Assembly: GCA_040381475.1 (NCBI GenBank)
Contig: JBEIHH010000008.1
Coordinates: forward strand, 810 to 64,809
Source of the DNA: Crocinitomicaceae bacterium
Lineage (GTDB): Bacteria > Bacteroidota > Bacteroidia > Flavobacteriales_D > Sanyastnellaceae
Reading direction: 5' to 3'
DNA: 64,000 nucleotides
Under the pieces are notes generated by a model. It worked only from the letters and a program-made list of their open reading frames with translations, searched no databases and had not been told where the DNA came from. Made by a program: the position numbers and the translations under genes. Each line of letters begins with the position of its first letter. The first letter of the stretch is position 1. Shown piece after piece: positions 19,427-28,087 of this stretch.

Positions 19427-20067
19427 ACACATTGCCTTTTGTTGATTCATCCCTACTTCAGGAACTTTCCGCCAACAGCGTGATTCAGAGATTCAAAGCA
19501 AATGAAATTCTAATGAATCCGGGAGACCTGATAACCAATATTCCAATTGTTTTAATTGGAAGTATTCGTGTTGTCCTTCAAAATGAGCAAGGAAACGAAC
19601 ACTATCTGTATCACATTTTTCCCGGTGAAACTTGCGCGCTCTCACTCACCTGCTGTCAGTCACAAAAAAGAAGTGAAGTAAAGGCTGTCATCGAAGAAGA
19701 CTCTGAACTGATGATGATACCTGTCCGGTTTGTTGATGAATGGCATCACTATCCCGAATGGAAAAAGTATATCAGCGACACACAGGCACAAAGATTCTCT
19801 GAATTGCTGGAAACCGTTGAGTTAATGGCGCAAATCGTGGATGTTCGCACGATTGATGAATATCAGCAAGGTCATATTCGTGGCTCGATCAATATTCCAC
19901 TGCAAACGCTCGGAAAGTCGTTTGGCAAAATCAAAAAAGACAAACCGGTTATTACTTGCTGCGCAAGTGGCATGAGAAGTGCTGCAGCGAAAGGCATATT
20001 GAAATCAGCCGGATATTCTGATGTGTATAACGGCGGTGGCTGGTCGCGCTTGCAAAAAAAATTATAG
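19423..20067 (+). CDS. Chimeric protein: Crp/Fnr-type cNMP-binding domain fused to a rhodanese domain (no HTH)
   Basis: Residues 1-134 form the Crp-like beta-barrel plus C-helix (...IVLIGSIRVVLQNEQGNEHYLYHIFPGETCALS...RFSELLETVEL). Residues 135-214 are rhodanese (IVDVRTIDEYQQGHIRGSINIPL...VITCCASGMRSAAA). Confidence 0.75.
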   Translation: MNTLPFVDSSLLQELSANSVIQRFKANEILMNPGDLITNIPIVLIGSIRVVLQNEQGNEHYLYHIFPGETCALSLTCCQSQKRSEVKAVIEEDSELMMIPVRFVDEWHHYPEWKKYISDTQAQRFSELLETVELMAQIVDVRTIDEYQQGHIRGSINIPLQTLGKSFGKIKKDKPVITCCASGMRSAAAKGILKSAGYSDVYNGGGWSRLQKKL

Positions 20068-20071
20068 AACA

Positions 20072-20383
20072 ATGAGTGCTAATCAGTCATTTCAGGAATT
20101 GATCAATGGTGACAAACCAGTACTTGTAGATTTTTATGCCGAATGGTGCGGACCCTGCAAGATGATGAAACCTATTCTTGAAGAGGTAAAACAACAAATT
20201 GGTGAGCAAGCATCCGTTATAAAAGTGGATGTTGACCGAAATCCTGCCGTAGCTTCGGCGATGAATATTCGGGGTGTACCCACTTTGTTGATCTACAAAA
20301 ATGGTAAAGTACTGTGGAGAAAAAGTGGAGTGGTCGCAGCCGATCAACTTACTCAGTTATTGAAACAATATATCAACACATGA
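20072..20383 (+). CDS. trxA: Thioredoxin
   Basis: 103 aa with VLVDFYAEWCGPCKMMKPILEE...GVPTLLIYKNGK. The ATG at 20072 is preferred over the ORF-track start at 20021. Confidence 0.9.
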   Translation: MSANQSFQELINGDKPVLVDFYAEWCGPCKMMKPILEEVKQQIGEQASVIKVDVDRNPAVASAMNIRGVPTLLIYKNGKVLWRKSGVVAADQLTQLLKQYINT

Positions 20384-21138
20384 AATCAGGAATTGCAAGA
20401 ATATTGTTCAGTGTATGCATCGCAATAACTGCCGCAGCTTGCGCTCAGACCAATCAGGATAAAAAGGCAAAGGCAGACACACAAATCTCAGAACCCCTTC
20501 TTCTGACATCTTCTCAGTTCGATCAAAAAATGAATGAGCTTTCCAATGAACAACTCATAGATGTCCGGACGCCAGAAGAATTTGAATCAGGCTACATTGC
20601 CGGAGCCATCAACGTTAACATCTATGATCAAGACTTTCTTCAACAAATAAATAACTTCGATAAATCAAAGCCTGTTATGGTCTACTGCAAAGCCGGAGGA
20701 CGCAGCTCAGATGCTGCCGAACAATTGAAATCAGCAGGATTTACCGAAATCTACGACTTGAATGGAGGAATTATGTCTTGGACAAATAACAATCTTCCGG
20801 TGGCAACAACGAAACCAACCATTGCCGATAAATTCACAGAAGAGGATTACGCCAAATTAATCGCATCTCCTTTACCGTTGCTCATTGACTATTACGCCCC
20901 CTGGTGTGGGCCATGCAAAAAAATGGAGCCGGCATTAGAAAAACTGAAGAAAGAATTTGAAGGCAAGGTCAATGTGGTGCGCATCAATGTGGATGATGCA
21001 ACTGCACTTGCCAAGTCATTGAAGATTGAAAATATTCCGGTCATCACTTATCATAAAAACGGCAAAGAAATAGCCAAAACAACTGGTTTTCAGTCGGAAG
21101 AGCAGATGCGCTCAATGATCGCTGAGTTGTTGAAATAA
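20380..21138 (+). CDS. Lipoprotein with rhodanese domain fused to thioredoxin domain
   Basis: Lipobox ITAAAC, rhodanese LIDVRTPEEFESGYIAGAINV...VMVYCKAGGRSS and Trx LLIDYYAPWCGPCKKMEP. ATGA overlap with the trxA stop. Confidence 0.8.
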   Translation: MKSGIARILFSVCIAITAAACAQTNQDKKAKADTQISEPLLLTSSQFDQKMNELSNEQLIDVRTPEEFESGYIAGAINVNIYDQDFLQQINNFDKSKPVMVYCKAGGRSSDAAEQLKSAGFTEIYDLNGGIMSWTNNNLPVATTKPTIADKFTEEDYAKLIASPLPLLIDYYAPWCGPCKKMEPALEKLKKEFEGKVNVVRINVDDATALAKSLKIENIPVITYHKNGKEIAKTTGFQSEEQMRSMIAELLK

Positions 21139-21156
21139 GGCAACTCAGAATTTTTT
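21122..21156 (+). terminator. Intrinsic terminator overlapping the stop codon of the rhodanese-Trx gene
   Basis: 8-bp stem ctgagttg/caactcag with an 11-nt loop, followed by aatttttt. Confidence 0.6.
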
Positions 21157-21208
21157 GCAGATATACGCGAGTGACCTTGTTTAAGATGGAGTCTGAAAGG
21201 CAATTGTT

Positions 21209-21216
21209 TAATTTCG
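21209..21216 (+). promoter_or_regulatory. Putative -7 box (TAATTTCG), 4 nt before the purK GTG
   Basis: Matches TAnnTTCG. Confidence 0.4.
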
Positions 21217-21220
21217 TGGC

Positions 21221-22360
21221 GTGAAAAATTTCTATTCGCGCGATTTTACTTTGGGTATTCTTGGTGGTGGTCAGCTTGGCCGAATGTTCATTCAGGAAGC
21301 GATCAGTTATGATGTGCGCATTGCAGTTCTTGATCCCTCACCGGCCTCCTCTTGCGCTGAAATCGCCAGTGAATTCGTATGTGGCTCGTTCAATGATTTT
21401 GATACTGTTTACAATTTCGGCAAAACGAAAGACGTGCTGACAATCGAAATTGAACATGTCAATATTGATGCTCTTGATAAACTGGAAAGTGAAGGCGTCC
21501 TCGTTTTTCCCCAGCCTTCATTTCTGAGAATGGTACAAGACAAAGGGGCACAGAAAGAATTTTACCGCATCAATAACATTCCGACCGCATCTTTCAGCCT
21601 TATTGCTGGTATTGATGAACTAGATGGAAATCATGCTATGCCATTCATACAAAAGATGCGAAAAGGTGGTTATGATGGAAAAGGAGTCATGGCAATCAGA
21701 ACAGCCGATGATCTGCAAAAAGCATTTGATGTTCCAAGCGTGATTGAGGAAATGATTGATTTCGAAAAAGAAATCTCAGTAATCATATCTCGCAATAGCC
21801 ATGGAGAAAAGGCCGTATTTCCTATTGTTGAAATGGAATTCAATCAGGAAGCCAACCTCGTGGAATTTCTTTTCAGTCCGGCCAATATCTCAAAAAAGAC
21901 TGAACTGGAAGCAATCGAAATTGCACAAAAAATTGTCGACTTGTCTTCATTCGTTGGGATACTAGCTGTGGAAATGTTCGTGACCACTGAGGGTCATGTG
22001 CTAGTGAATGAAATGGCGCCGCGTCCTCATAACAGCGGACATCACACAATCGAAGCCTGTGTCACTTCTCAATATGAACAGCATCTTAGGTCGATTTTGA
22101 ATTTACCCGCAGGTGATACAAGGCTGATAGAACCCGCCGTCATGATCAACCTTCTCGGAGAAAGGGGATATTCGGGCAAGGTTCGTTACGAAGGCCTGGA
22201 AGATGCAATGAGCCAATCCGGCGTGCACATTCACCTTTACGGGAAACATGAAACAAAACCATTCAGGAAAATGGGTCATATCACGGTGACAGCTCAGGAT
22301 TTGCCCTCGGCCATTAAAAAAGCCAGGCAGATCGCAGGAACCGTAAGGGTTATAACCTGA
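21221..22360 (+). CDS. purK: N5-carboxyaminoimidazole ribonucleotide synthase
   Basis: LGILGGGQLGRMF...ATP-grasp...NEMAPRPHNSGHHT. GTG start. Confidence 0.9.
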   Translation: MKNFYSRDFTLGILGGGQLGRMFIQEAISYDVRIAVLDPSPASSCAEIASEFVCGSFNDFDTVYNFGKTKDVLTIEIEHVNIDALDKLESEGVLVFPQPSFLRMVQDKGAQKEFYRINNIPTASFSLIAGIDELDGNHAMPFIQKMRKGGYDGKGVMAIRTADDLQKAFDVPSVIEEMIDFEKEISVIISRNSHGEKAVFPIVEMEFNQEANLVEFLFSPANISKKTELEAIEIAQKIVDLSSFVGILAVEMFVTTEGHVLVNEMAPRPHNSGHHTIEACVTSQYEQHLRSILNLPAGDTRLIEPAVMINLLGERGYSGKVRYEGLEDAMSQSGVHIHLYGKHETKPFRKMGHITVTAQDLPSAIKKARQIAGTVRVIT

Positions 22361-22458
22361 TTGTAAGAGTCGCAGAGGATTTTGAAAGGTCCCCTTTTCT
22401 ATTGAAAAATCGTGAACAAAACGAATAATCTGCCTGCATCGAATAATCAAGCAACAGC

Positions 22459-22466
22459 TAACTTCG
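22459..22466 (+). promoter_or_regulatory. Putative -7 box (TAACTTCG), 4 nt before the thyA ATG
   Basis: Matches TAnnTTCG. Confidence 0.4.
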
Positions 22467-22470
22467 CGAT

Positions 22471-23265
22471 ATGAAGCAATATCACGATTTGTTAAAGCAC
22501 CTTTTGGATAATGGCGTTGCCAAAAGCGATCGGACAGGCACAGGTACATTGAGTGTTTTCGGGTATCAGATGCGTTTTGATCTGGCGGAAGGGTTTCCGC
22601 TGTTGACTACCAAAAAACTTCACACCAAATCAATCATACACGAATTGCTCTGGTTTTTGAAGGGTGACACCAACATCCGTTACTTAAAAGAAAATGGCGT
22701 TTCAATTTGGGATGAATGGGCTGATGCTGAAGGAAATCTTGGGCCGGTTTATGGCTACCAGTGGCGCTCCTGGCCGAATCCTGACGGCTCACATACCGAT
22801 CAAATCGCAAAGCTCATCGAAGGATTGAAAAAGAATCCGGACAGCAGAAGACATATCGTAAGTGCATGGAATCCGTCATTCATCGATCAGATGGCCTTGC
22901 CACCATGTCATTGCCTTTTCCAATTTTATGTGGCAGAAGGAAAGCTTTCCTGTCAGTTATATCAGCGAAGCTGCGATACATTTCTCGGAGTTCCATTCAA
23001 TATTGCGAGCTATGCCCTACTCACACTGATGATTGCTCAGGTTTGTGATCTGCAGCCCGGAGAATTTGTCTGGACAGGTGGCGATGTTCATTTGTACACC
23101 AATCACATTGAACAAGCTCAATTGCAATTAACCCGCGAATTCCGTCCTTTACCTCAACTCAAAATAAATCCGGAGATCAAAGACCTGTTCGCATTCAGTT
23201 TTGAAGACTTTGCTCTGGAGAATTACGATCCACATCCTCATATCAAAGCCGCTGTTGCAGTATAA
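22471..23265 (+). CDS. thyA: Thymidylate synthase (ThyA type)
   Basis: [29 protein letters not shown]...[12 protein letters not shown]...DVHLYTNH. Confidence 0.95.
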   Translation: MKQYHDLLKHLLDNGVAKSDRTGTGTLSVFGYQMRFDLAEGFPLLTTKKLHTKSIIHELLWFLKGDTNIRYLKENGVSIWDEWADAEGNLGPVYGYQWRSWPNPDGSHTDQIAKLIEGLKKNPDSRRHIVSAWNPSFIDQMALPPCHCLFQFYVAEGKLSCQLYQRSCDTFLGVPFNIASYALLTLMIAQVCDLQPGEFVWTGGDVHLYTNHIEQAQLQLTREFRPLPQLKINPEIKDLFAFSFEDFALENYDPHPHIKAAVAV

Positions 23266-23268
23266 ACT

Positions 23269-23778
23269 ATGAGAATAAAACTGATAGCCGCCATTGGCGA
23301 AAACAGAGAACTTGGCAGGAACAACGAGCTACTTTGGCACCTTACCGAAGATATGCAGTTTTTCAAAAATACAACTTCAGGTTACTATGTTATTATGGGC
23401 AGAAAAAGCTTTGAGAGCATACCTCCGAAATACCGCCCGCTGCCGAACAGAATCAATGTGATCATCTCCCGCAATCCTGATTATATGTACGAAGAATGTT
23501 ACACTTGCGGCAGTCTTCAGGAAGCCACCGAGCTGGCTGAGTCACACGGAGAAACAGAGGTTTTCATCATTGGAGGCGGAGAAATTTATCGGCAGGCTCT
23601 AACCGATGGAATTGTCGATGAGATGTATCTGACTCACGTCAAGGCCTCATTCCCGGACGCAGATGTTTTCTTCCCTGAATGGCGGGATGAAGAATGGAGT
23701 AAGGAAGAACTGCTTAAAATCGATGCCGACAGCCTGAATGAATTTCCATTCAGTGTAGTTCATTACAAAAAAAAATAA
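23269..23778 (+). CDS. folA: Dihydrofolate reductase
   Basis: IKLIAAIGENRELGRNNELLWHL.EDMQFFKNTT...VIMGRKSFESIP, starting 3 nt after thyA. Confidence 0.9.
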   Translation: MRIKLIAAIGENRELGRNNELLWHLTEDMQFFKNTTSGYYVIMGRKSFESIPPKYRPLPNRINVIISRNPDYMYEECYTCGSLQEATELAESHGETEVFIIGGGEIYRQALTDGIVDEMYLTHVKASFPDADVFFPEWRDEEWSKEELLKIDADSLNEFPFSVVHYKKK

Positions 23779-23840
23779 ACGGGATTTAAACCCTGAGAGC
23801 AATATCATGTCATAGGGGAAGAACAACAAAATCAAATCAC

Positions 23841-24650
23841 ATGAATACTAAAAATTCGATCTGGCTGGTGGTTGTATTTGCGCTGCTCACCATGGCCTCC
23901 TGCAGGCGCGACAGGAAAGAAACGTTGAGCAACACAATTACCGTTGACAATAGCACCGCTGAAAACCTTTATTCAGACTTGTTCAAGGTAGTGGATAATA
24001 TTTCGTCTACTGAAGATGGTATACGTGAAGACGAAATCGGTTGTATTGATACCATTATCGTTGATACTTTGAGCAATCCACGCAGCGTGCTGATTGATTT
24101 CGGAACCGATAACTGTGTTGGCGACGATGGTCGTATTCGCAATGGCCAGATTTTCGTGACCTATACTGGTCGTTATCGTGAAACAGGTACTGTAATCACA
24201 GTAACACCGCAGAATTACACTGTGAACGGATACACCCTGGCAGGCACTAAATCAGTTACTAATCTTGGCGAAAATGCCGACGGTGAAATGCAATTTTCTA
24301 TTGCCGTCGATGGATCGCTCACTGCACCCGGAAATGCATGGACTTCACAATGGGAAAGTAACAGGGTACGAACCTGGGTTGAAGGTCAGTCCACAGCAAC
24401 CATTTGGGACGATGCTTACGAGATCACCGGGAGTGCTTCAGGAGTAAACCGGAATGGAGTTGCCTACGACATCAACATTGTCAATCCGCTGCGCGCAGAA
24501 ATAGGTTGCCGGTGGATCGTCAGCGGCTCAATGTTACTTTCACCCGAAGACTATGACCCTCGCACAATTGACTTCGGCAATGGCGAATGCAACAATGGAT
24601 TCAGTGTAACTGTGAATGGAGAAACCAACTTCTACGGAAGTGAAGATTAA
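23841..24650 (+). CDS. Hypothetical lipoprotein
   Basis: Lipobox LLTMASC. 269 aa with no recognised motif. Confidence 0.55.
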   Translation: MNTKNSIWLVVVFALLTMASCRRDRKETLSNTITVDNSTAENLYSDLFKVVDNISSTEDGIREDEIGCIDTIIVDTLSNPRSVLIDFGTDNCVGDDGRIRNGQIFVTYTGRYRETGTVITVTPQNYTVNGYTLAGTKSVTNLGENADGEMQFSIAVDGSLTAPGNAWTSQWESNRVRTWVEGQSTATIWDDAYEITGSASGVNRNGVAYDINIVNPLRAEIGCRWIVSGSMLLSPEDYDPRTIDFGNGECNNGFSVTVNGETNFYGSED

Positions 24651-24671
24651 GAATATTTAATTCATTAACAT

Positions 24672-24705
24672 GACCGTTGCAATCTATTTGCAGCGGTCCT
24701 TTTTT
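24672..24705 (+). terminator. Intrinsic terminator
   Basis: 11-bp stem gaccgttgcaa/ttgcagcggtc (one G-U pair) with a 5-nt loop, followed by cttttttcgg. Confidence 0.7.
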
Positions 24706-24745
24706 CGGTTATTGTTCACGAGATTTCAATGCCTATAATTGCTTC

Positions 24746-25321
24746 ATGTTACAGTATTTCCAGGAAGGAATAGCCCACATTACAGACCTTGATGGATACG
24801 ACCATATGCTTTATCTGGCGGCATTGTGTGCTCCTTTTACCCTCAAAGAATGGAAAACAGCAGCATTGCTGGCAACTGCTTTCACGGTAGGCCACAGTCT
24901 GGCTCTTTTTCTCGCATCTCTGGACATTGTTCGATTTCGTTCGGACATTATAGAAGCACTTATTCCGGTCACTATCATACTGACTTGTGTAATTACATTA
25001 TTCGACAGGAATTACAGGAATCGTGTCGAGCCGAAACAATTCGTCATCACAACAGCATTTGGGCTTATTCACGGAATGGGATTTTCAACATATTTCAGAA
25101 TGTTAGCCGATGAGAGTGGACAGTTTATTCAAAGCCTCTTACTGTTCAACCTTGGCGTCGAAGCCGGCCAGCTGATCATCATCATCATCCTTTTGGTGGT
25201 TTCTTCCCTACTCACTCAGGTATTTCGCACTTTTGACCTAAAAAAGTACAGTTCAATTCTTTCCATTTTGATTGCCGCCGTGGCCGCCTACCTTCTCATA
25301 TCCAAAATCATAGGAGATTGA
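24746..25321 (+). CDS. HupE/UreJ family membrane protein
   Basis: FQEGIAHITDLDGYDHMLYLAALCAP followed by about 6 TM segments. The ATG at 24746 is preferred, since the ORF-track start at 24677 lies inside the terminator. Confidence 0.65.
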   Translation: MLQYFQEGIAHITDLDGYDHMLYLAALCAPFTLKEWKTAALLATAFTVGHSLALFLASLDIVRFRSDIIEALIPVTIILTCVITLFDRNYRNRVEPKQFVITTAFGLIHGMGFSTYFRMLADESGQFIQSLLLFNLGVEAGQLIIIIILLVVSSLLTQVFRTFDLKKYSSILSILIAAVAAYLLISKIIGD

Positions 25322-25335
25322 CAACGTAAACATCA

Positions 25336-25343
25336 TAATTTTG
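25336..25343 (+). promoter_or_regulatory. Putative -7 box (TAATTTTG), 17 nt before the yidD TTG start
   Basis: Perfect TAnnTTTG match. Confidence 0.35.
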
Positions 25344-25360
25344 CGCTATCAATAGCACTC

Positions 25361-25582
25361 TTGAGGAAGTTGTACATACTACCAATTCGAATCTATCAGG
25401 CGATTATTTCGCCATGGCTTGGAAGGAACTGCCGGCATGAACCCGGTTGTTCTGAGTATACAGCACAGGCTATTCAGGAGTGGGGAATCTTCAAAGGAAC
25501 ATGGCTGGGTATTAAAAGAATTGCCAAATGTCATCCGTGGGGCTCTGCGGGATATGATCCGGTGCCAAAAAAGAAAACATGA
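25361..25582 (+). CDS. yidD: Membrane protein insertion efficiency factor YidD
   Basis: YQAIISPWLGRNCRHEPGCSEYTAQAIQEWG...KRIAKCHPWGSAGYDPVP. Confidence 0.85.
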   Translation: MRKLYILPIRIYQAIISPWLGRNCRHEPGCSEYTAQAIQEWGIFKGTWLGIKRIAKCHPWGSAGYDPVPKKKT

Positions 25583-25597
25583 AAAAACAACCATAAA

Positions 25598-26056
25598 ATG
25601 AAAAAAATACAACTACTAATTTCTTCTGTTGCATTTACGATCTGGCTTTCGTCATGTGTAACATCCGAGAGCGAAATGCTAATTCAGGCACGCAGTATTC
25701 AGGACGGCACTGTTCAATCGGCAACTTCTCTCGATTCTGCTCTGAACAGCAAACTTGCAAAATTGACGGATGAACGCAATATGATGGCTCAGGATTCTAC
25801 TTTGAGTGCTGACTCATTGAAAATGCAGTCATTCATATTGTTGAAGGGCAAGGTCGAAAATCTCGAGGCGTTGCAGGGAGAACTCAAAAACTGGAAAACA
25901 GAACTCAAATTGTTGCCTACTCTACAAGAAATAGAGTCAGGAGCAGAAAATCCATTCGGCGACAAGGTCAATGATCAAGAGATATTGATGGAGATAAAGA
26001 AATCGCAGGAAAGCTTCAACACACTGAAAATGAAGGCTGAAACAGCCATGAAATGA
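25598..26056 (+). CDS. Hypothetical lipoprotein, coiled-coil-like
   Basis: Lipobox IWLSSC. 152 aa, rich in E, K and L. Confidence 0.5.
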   Translation: MKKIQLLISSVAFTIWLSSCVTSESEMLIQARSIQDGTVQSATSLDSALNSKLAKLTDERNMMAQDSTLSADSLKMQSFILLKGKVENLEALQGELKNWKTELKLLPTLQEIESGAENPFGDKVNDQEILMEIKKSQESFNTLKMKAETAMK

Positions 26057-27030
26057 TGATGCTCCAGCGCCCCAGAAGAAATAGAAAATCACCGGTGATA
26101 AGGGATATGGTCCGTGAAACAGAGGTATCTGTATCATCGCTCATTTTTCCATTATTTGTGATCGATGGCAATAAGAGGAAAATACCCATTGCATCTATGC
26201 CGGGTATTTTTAGAATGACAGAAGATGAGGTGCTGCGGGAAATTGAATCCTGTATCAAACTTGGTCTTAGATCATTTGTGCTTTTTCCGGCAGTCGAAGA
26301 TGCATTGAAAGATAAAGTTGCTAGTTATGCCATGCAGGAAAACAACTTTTACCTGCGCATCATCCGTTCGGTTAAATCCCGCTTTCCTGAAGTTTGTCTT
26401 ATGAGTGATGTGGCAATGGACCCTTATAGCAGCGATGGTCATGACGGTTATGTTGAAAACGGGGCTATTGTGAACGATAAAACTTTACCCATTTTGAATC
26501 AAATGGCTGTTTTGCAAGCAGCGGCAGGAATAGATATTATCGGACCATCAGACATGATGGACGGCAGAGTTCAATCCATCCGCGGCGCCCTGGATGATGC
26601 CGGTTTTTATGATACATCCATCATGTCCTATACCGCCAAATACGCCAGTGCTTTCTATGGCCCGTTCAGAGATGCTTTGGATTCAGCTCCCAAATTCGGA
26701 GATAAAAAAACCTATCAGATGGATCCGGCCAACAAACGCGAAGCACTGATTGAAGCAGCTTTAGATGAATCTGAAGGTGCAGACTTCCTGATGGTAAAAC
26801 CGGCACTTTGTTATCTTGATATTATACAGACCATCAGTGAAAACACCGCGTTGCCCGTTGCAGCATACAATGTAAGCGGCGAATATGCCATGCTGAAAGC
26901 CGCAGCAGAGAAAGGATGGATCAACTATGAACGAGCGATGCCCGAGATGCTTTTAAGCATTAAAAGGGCTGGTGCATCCATTATTCTCACCTACTTCGCT
27001 AAGGAATTTGCGGAAATAACATCGAAATGA
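26053..27030 (+). CDS. hemB: Porphobilinogen synthase (delta-aminolevulinate dehydratase)
   Basis: RPRRNRKSPVIRDMVRE...LIFPLFV...MSDVAMDPYSSDGHDG...SYTAKYASAFYGPFRDA...ADFLMVKPA. ATGA overlap with the upstream gene. Confidence 0.95.
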   Translation: MMMLQRPRRNRKSPVIRDMVRETEVSVSSLIFPLFVIDGNKRKIPIASMPGIFRMTEDEVLREIESCIKLGLRSFVLFPAVEDALKDKVASYAMQENNFYLRIIRSVKSRFPEVCLMSDVAMDPYSSDGHDGYVENGAIVNDKTLPILNQMAVLQAAAGIDIIGPSDMMDGRVQSIRGALDDAGFYDTSIMSYTAKYASAFYGPFRDALDSAPKFGDKKTYQMDPANKREALIEAALDESEGADFLMVKPALCYLDIIQTISENTALPVAAYNVSGEYAMLKAAAEKGWINYERAMPEMLLSIKRAGASIILTYFAKEFAEITSK

Positions 27031-27040
27031 ACTAACTCAA

Positions 27041-27085
27041 AAAAGAAAGGGCGGTAATCATGTGATTACCGCCCTTTCTTTTTTG
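27041..27085. terminator. Strong bidirectional intrinsic terminator between hemB and the HIT gene
   Basis: Perfect 17-nt arms agaaagggcggtaatca/tgattaccgccctttct. Flanked by aaaa upstream and ttttt downstream. Confidence 0.8.
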
Positions 27086-27135
27086 ATATCATCAGTTTTG
27101 AATACTTTCAACTTAGTTGATGCCTTACCACTATA

Positions 27136-27525
27136 TCATGCATTTCTCACCAATTCAGCTAAGGAAGCAAACTGTTCGGAAGTCATCTTCAGTCTCTCGC
27201 CACTAAAATTAATGTCGCCCATTGTGTTCATTGGTACCAGATGCATATGTGCATGCGGAACTTCCAGACCAATTACTGCAACACCAATCCTACGACAGGG
27301 TAACACTTTTTTCAATTTCACTGCTATCCCTTTGGCGAATAAATTGATTTCAGAGAGCAGGTCTTCTTCGAGATCGAAGAAATAGTCTACTTCAACTTTT
27401 GGAATCACCAGTGTGTGGCCTTTGGACACAGGGGTAATATCTAAAAATGCGAGGAACTTGTCGTTCTCAGCAATTTTATGACATGGTATTTCACCGGCAA
27501 TGATTTTTGAAAATACGGTTGCCAT
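27136..27525 (-). CDS. HIT family (Hint-like) nucleotide hydrolase
   Basis: FSKIIAGEIP...DITPVSKGHTLVIPK...VPHAHMHLVP histidine triad. Confidence 0.85.
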   Translation of the reverse strand: MATVFSKIIAGEIPCHKIAENDKFLAFLDITPVSKGHTLVIPKVEVDYFFDLEEDLLSEINLFAKGIAVKLKKVLPCRRIGVAVIGLEVPHAHMHLVPMNTMGDINFSGERLKMTSEQFASLAELVRNA

Positions 27526-27998
27526 TAGCGGGAAATTTCCAGGATTTCGAATTGAACTTTTCCGGCGGGAATTTGCACTTCCGCAATTTCACCAACCTTT
27601 TTGCCCAAAAGACCTTTTCCAATGGGTGAATCAACAGATATTTTCTTCTCTATAAGATTTGCTTCATTTTCGGCAACCAGCGTGTATTCCATCACAGCCT
27701 TATTGGCCATATTCTTGATTTTCACCTTGGAAAGAATGAATACTTTGCTCGCATCCATATGTGTATTATCGATCAACCTCGCGTTGGCAAGTAAATCATC
27801 CATTTTGGCTATACGCGCCTCGAGAAGCCCCTGAGCTTCCTTGGCGGCATCATATTCAGCATTTTCAGATAGATCGCCCTTATCGCGCGCTTCTGCAATC
27901 TGCTGCGAAATTTTAGGTCGTTCAACCATTTTCAGATGATGAATCTCATCTTTCAGCTTTTTTAATCCTTCGGCTGTGTAATAGGCAATATGTGACAT
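27525..27998 (-). CDS. greA: Transcription elongation factor GreA
   Basis: YYTAEGLKKLKDEIHHLK.VERPKISQQIAEARDKGDLSENAEYDAAKEAQ. Confidence 0.95.
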   Translation of the reverse strand: MSHIAYYTAEGLKKLKDEIHHLKMVERPKISQQIAEARDKGDLSENAEYDAAKEAQGLLEARIAKMDDLLANARLIDNTHMDASKVFILSKVKIKNMANKAVMEYTLVAENEANLIEKKISVDSPIGKGLLGKKVGEIAEVQIPAGKVQFEILEISR

Positions 27999-28026
27999 GG
28001 CATTTAGTATGACGTTAAAACAGACA

Positions 28027-28060
28027 AAAAGAGAAAACCCTGGTAAGGGTTTTCTCTTTT
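28027..28060 (-). terminator. Intrinsic terminator downstream of the PorV-like gene and inside the greA leader
   Basis: On the minus strand: AAAAGAGAAAACCC-ttacca-GGGTTTTCTCTTTT followed by TGTCTGTTTT. Confidence 0.7.
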
Positions 28061-28068
28061 TATTATGA

Positions 28069-28076
28069 CAAATTTA
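28069..28076 (-). promoter_or_regulatory. Putative -7 box (TAAATTTG on the minus strand), upstream of the terminator hairpin and greA
   Basis: Plus strand caaattta = rc TAAATTTG, a perfect match. It is the only box-like motif between the PorV-like stop (28088) and the greA ATG (27998). Confidence 0.3.
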
Positions 28077-28087
28077 ATTAAGAAAGA

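Noticed and set aside
21221-22360. purK without an adjacent purE.
   Set aside because: This is only a gene-order oddity. purE may be elsewhere in the genome, which cannot be assessed from one window.
22103-22549. A 148-aa minus-strand ORF bridging the purK end and the thyA start. Similar antisense or bridging ORFs occur at 43488-43850, 27062-27385, 9812-10252, 38321-38797 and 45785-46221.
   Set aside because: All overlap strongly supported genes on the opposite strand and lack motifs, so they are typical shadow ORFs.
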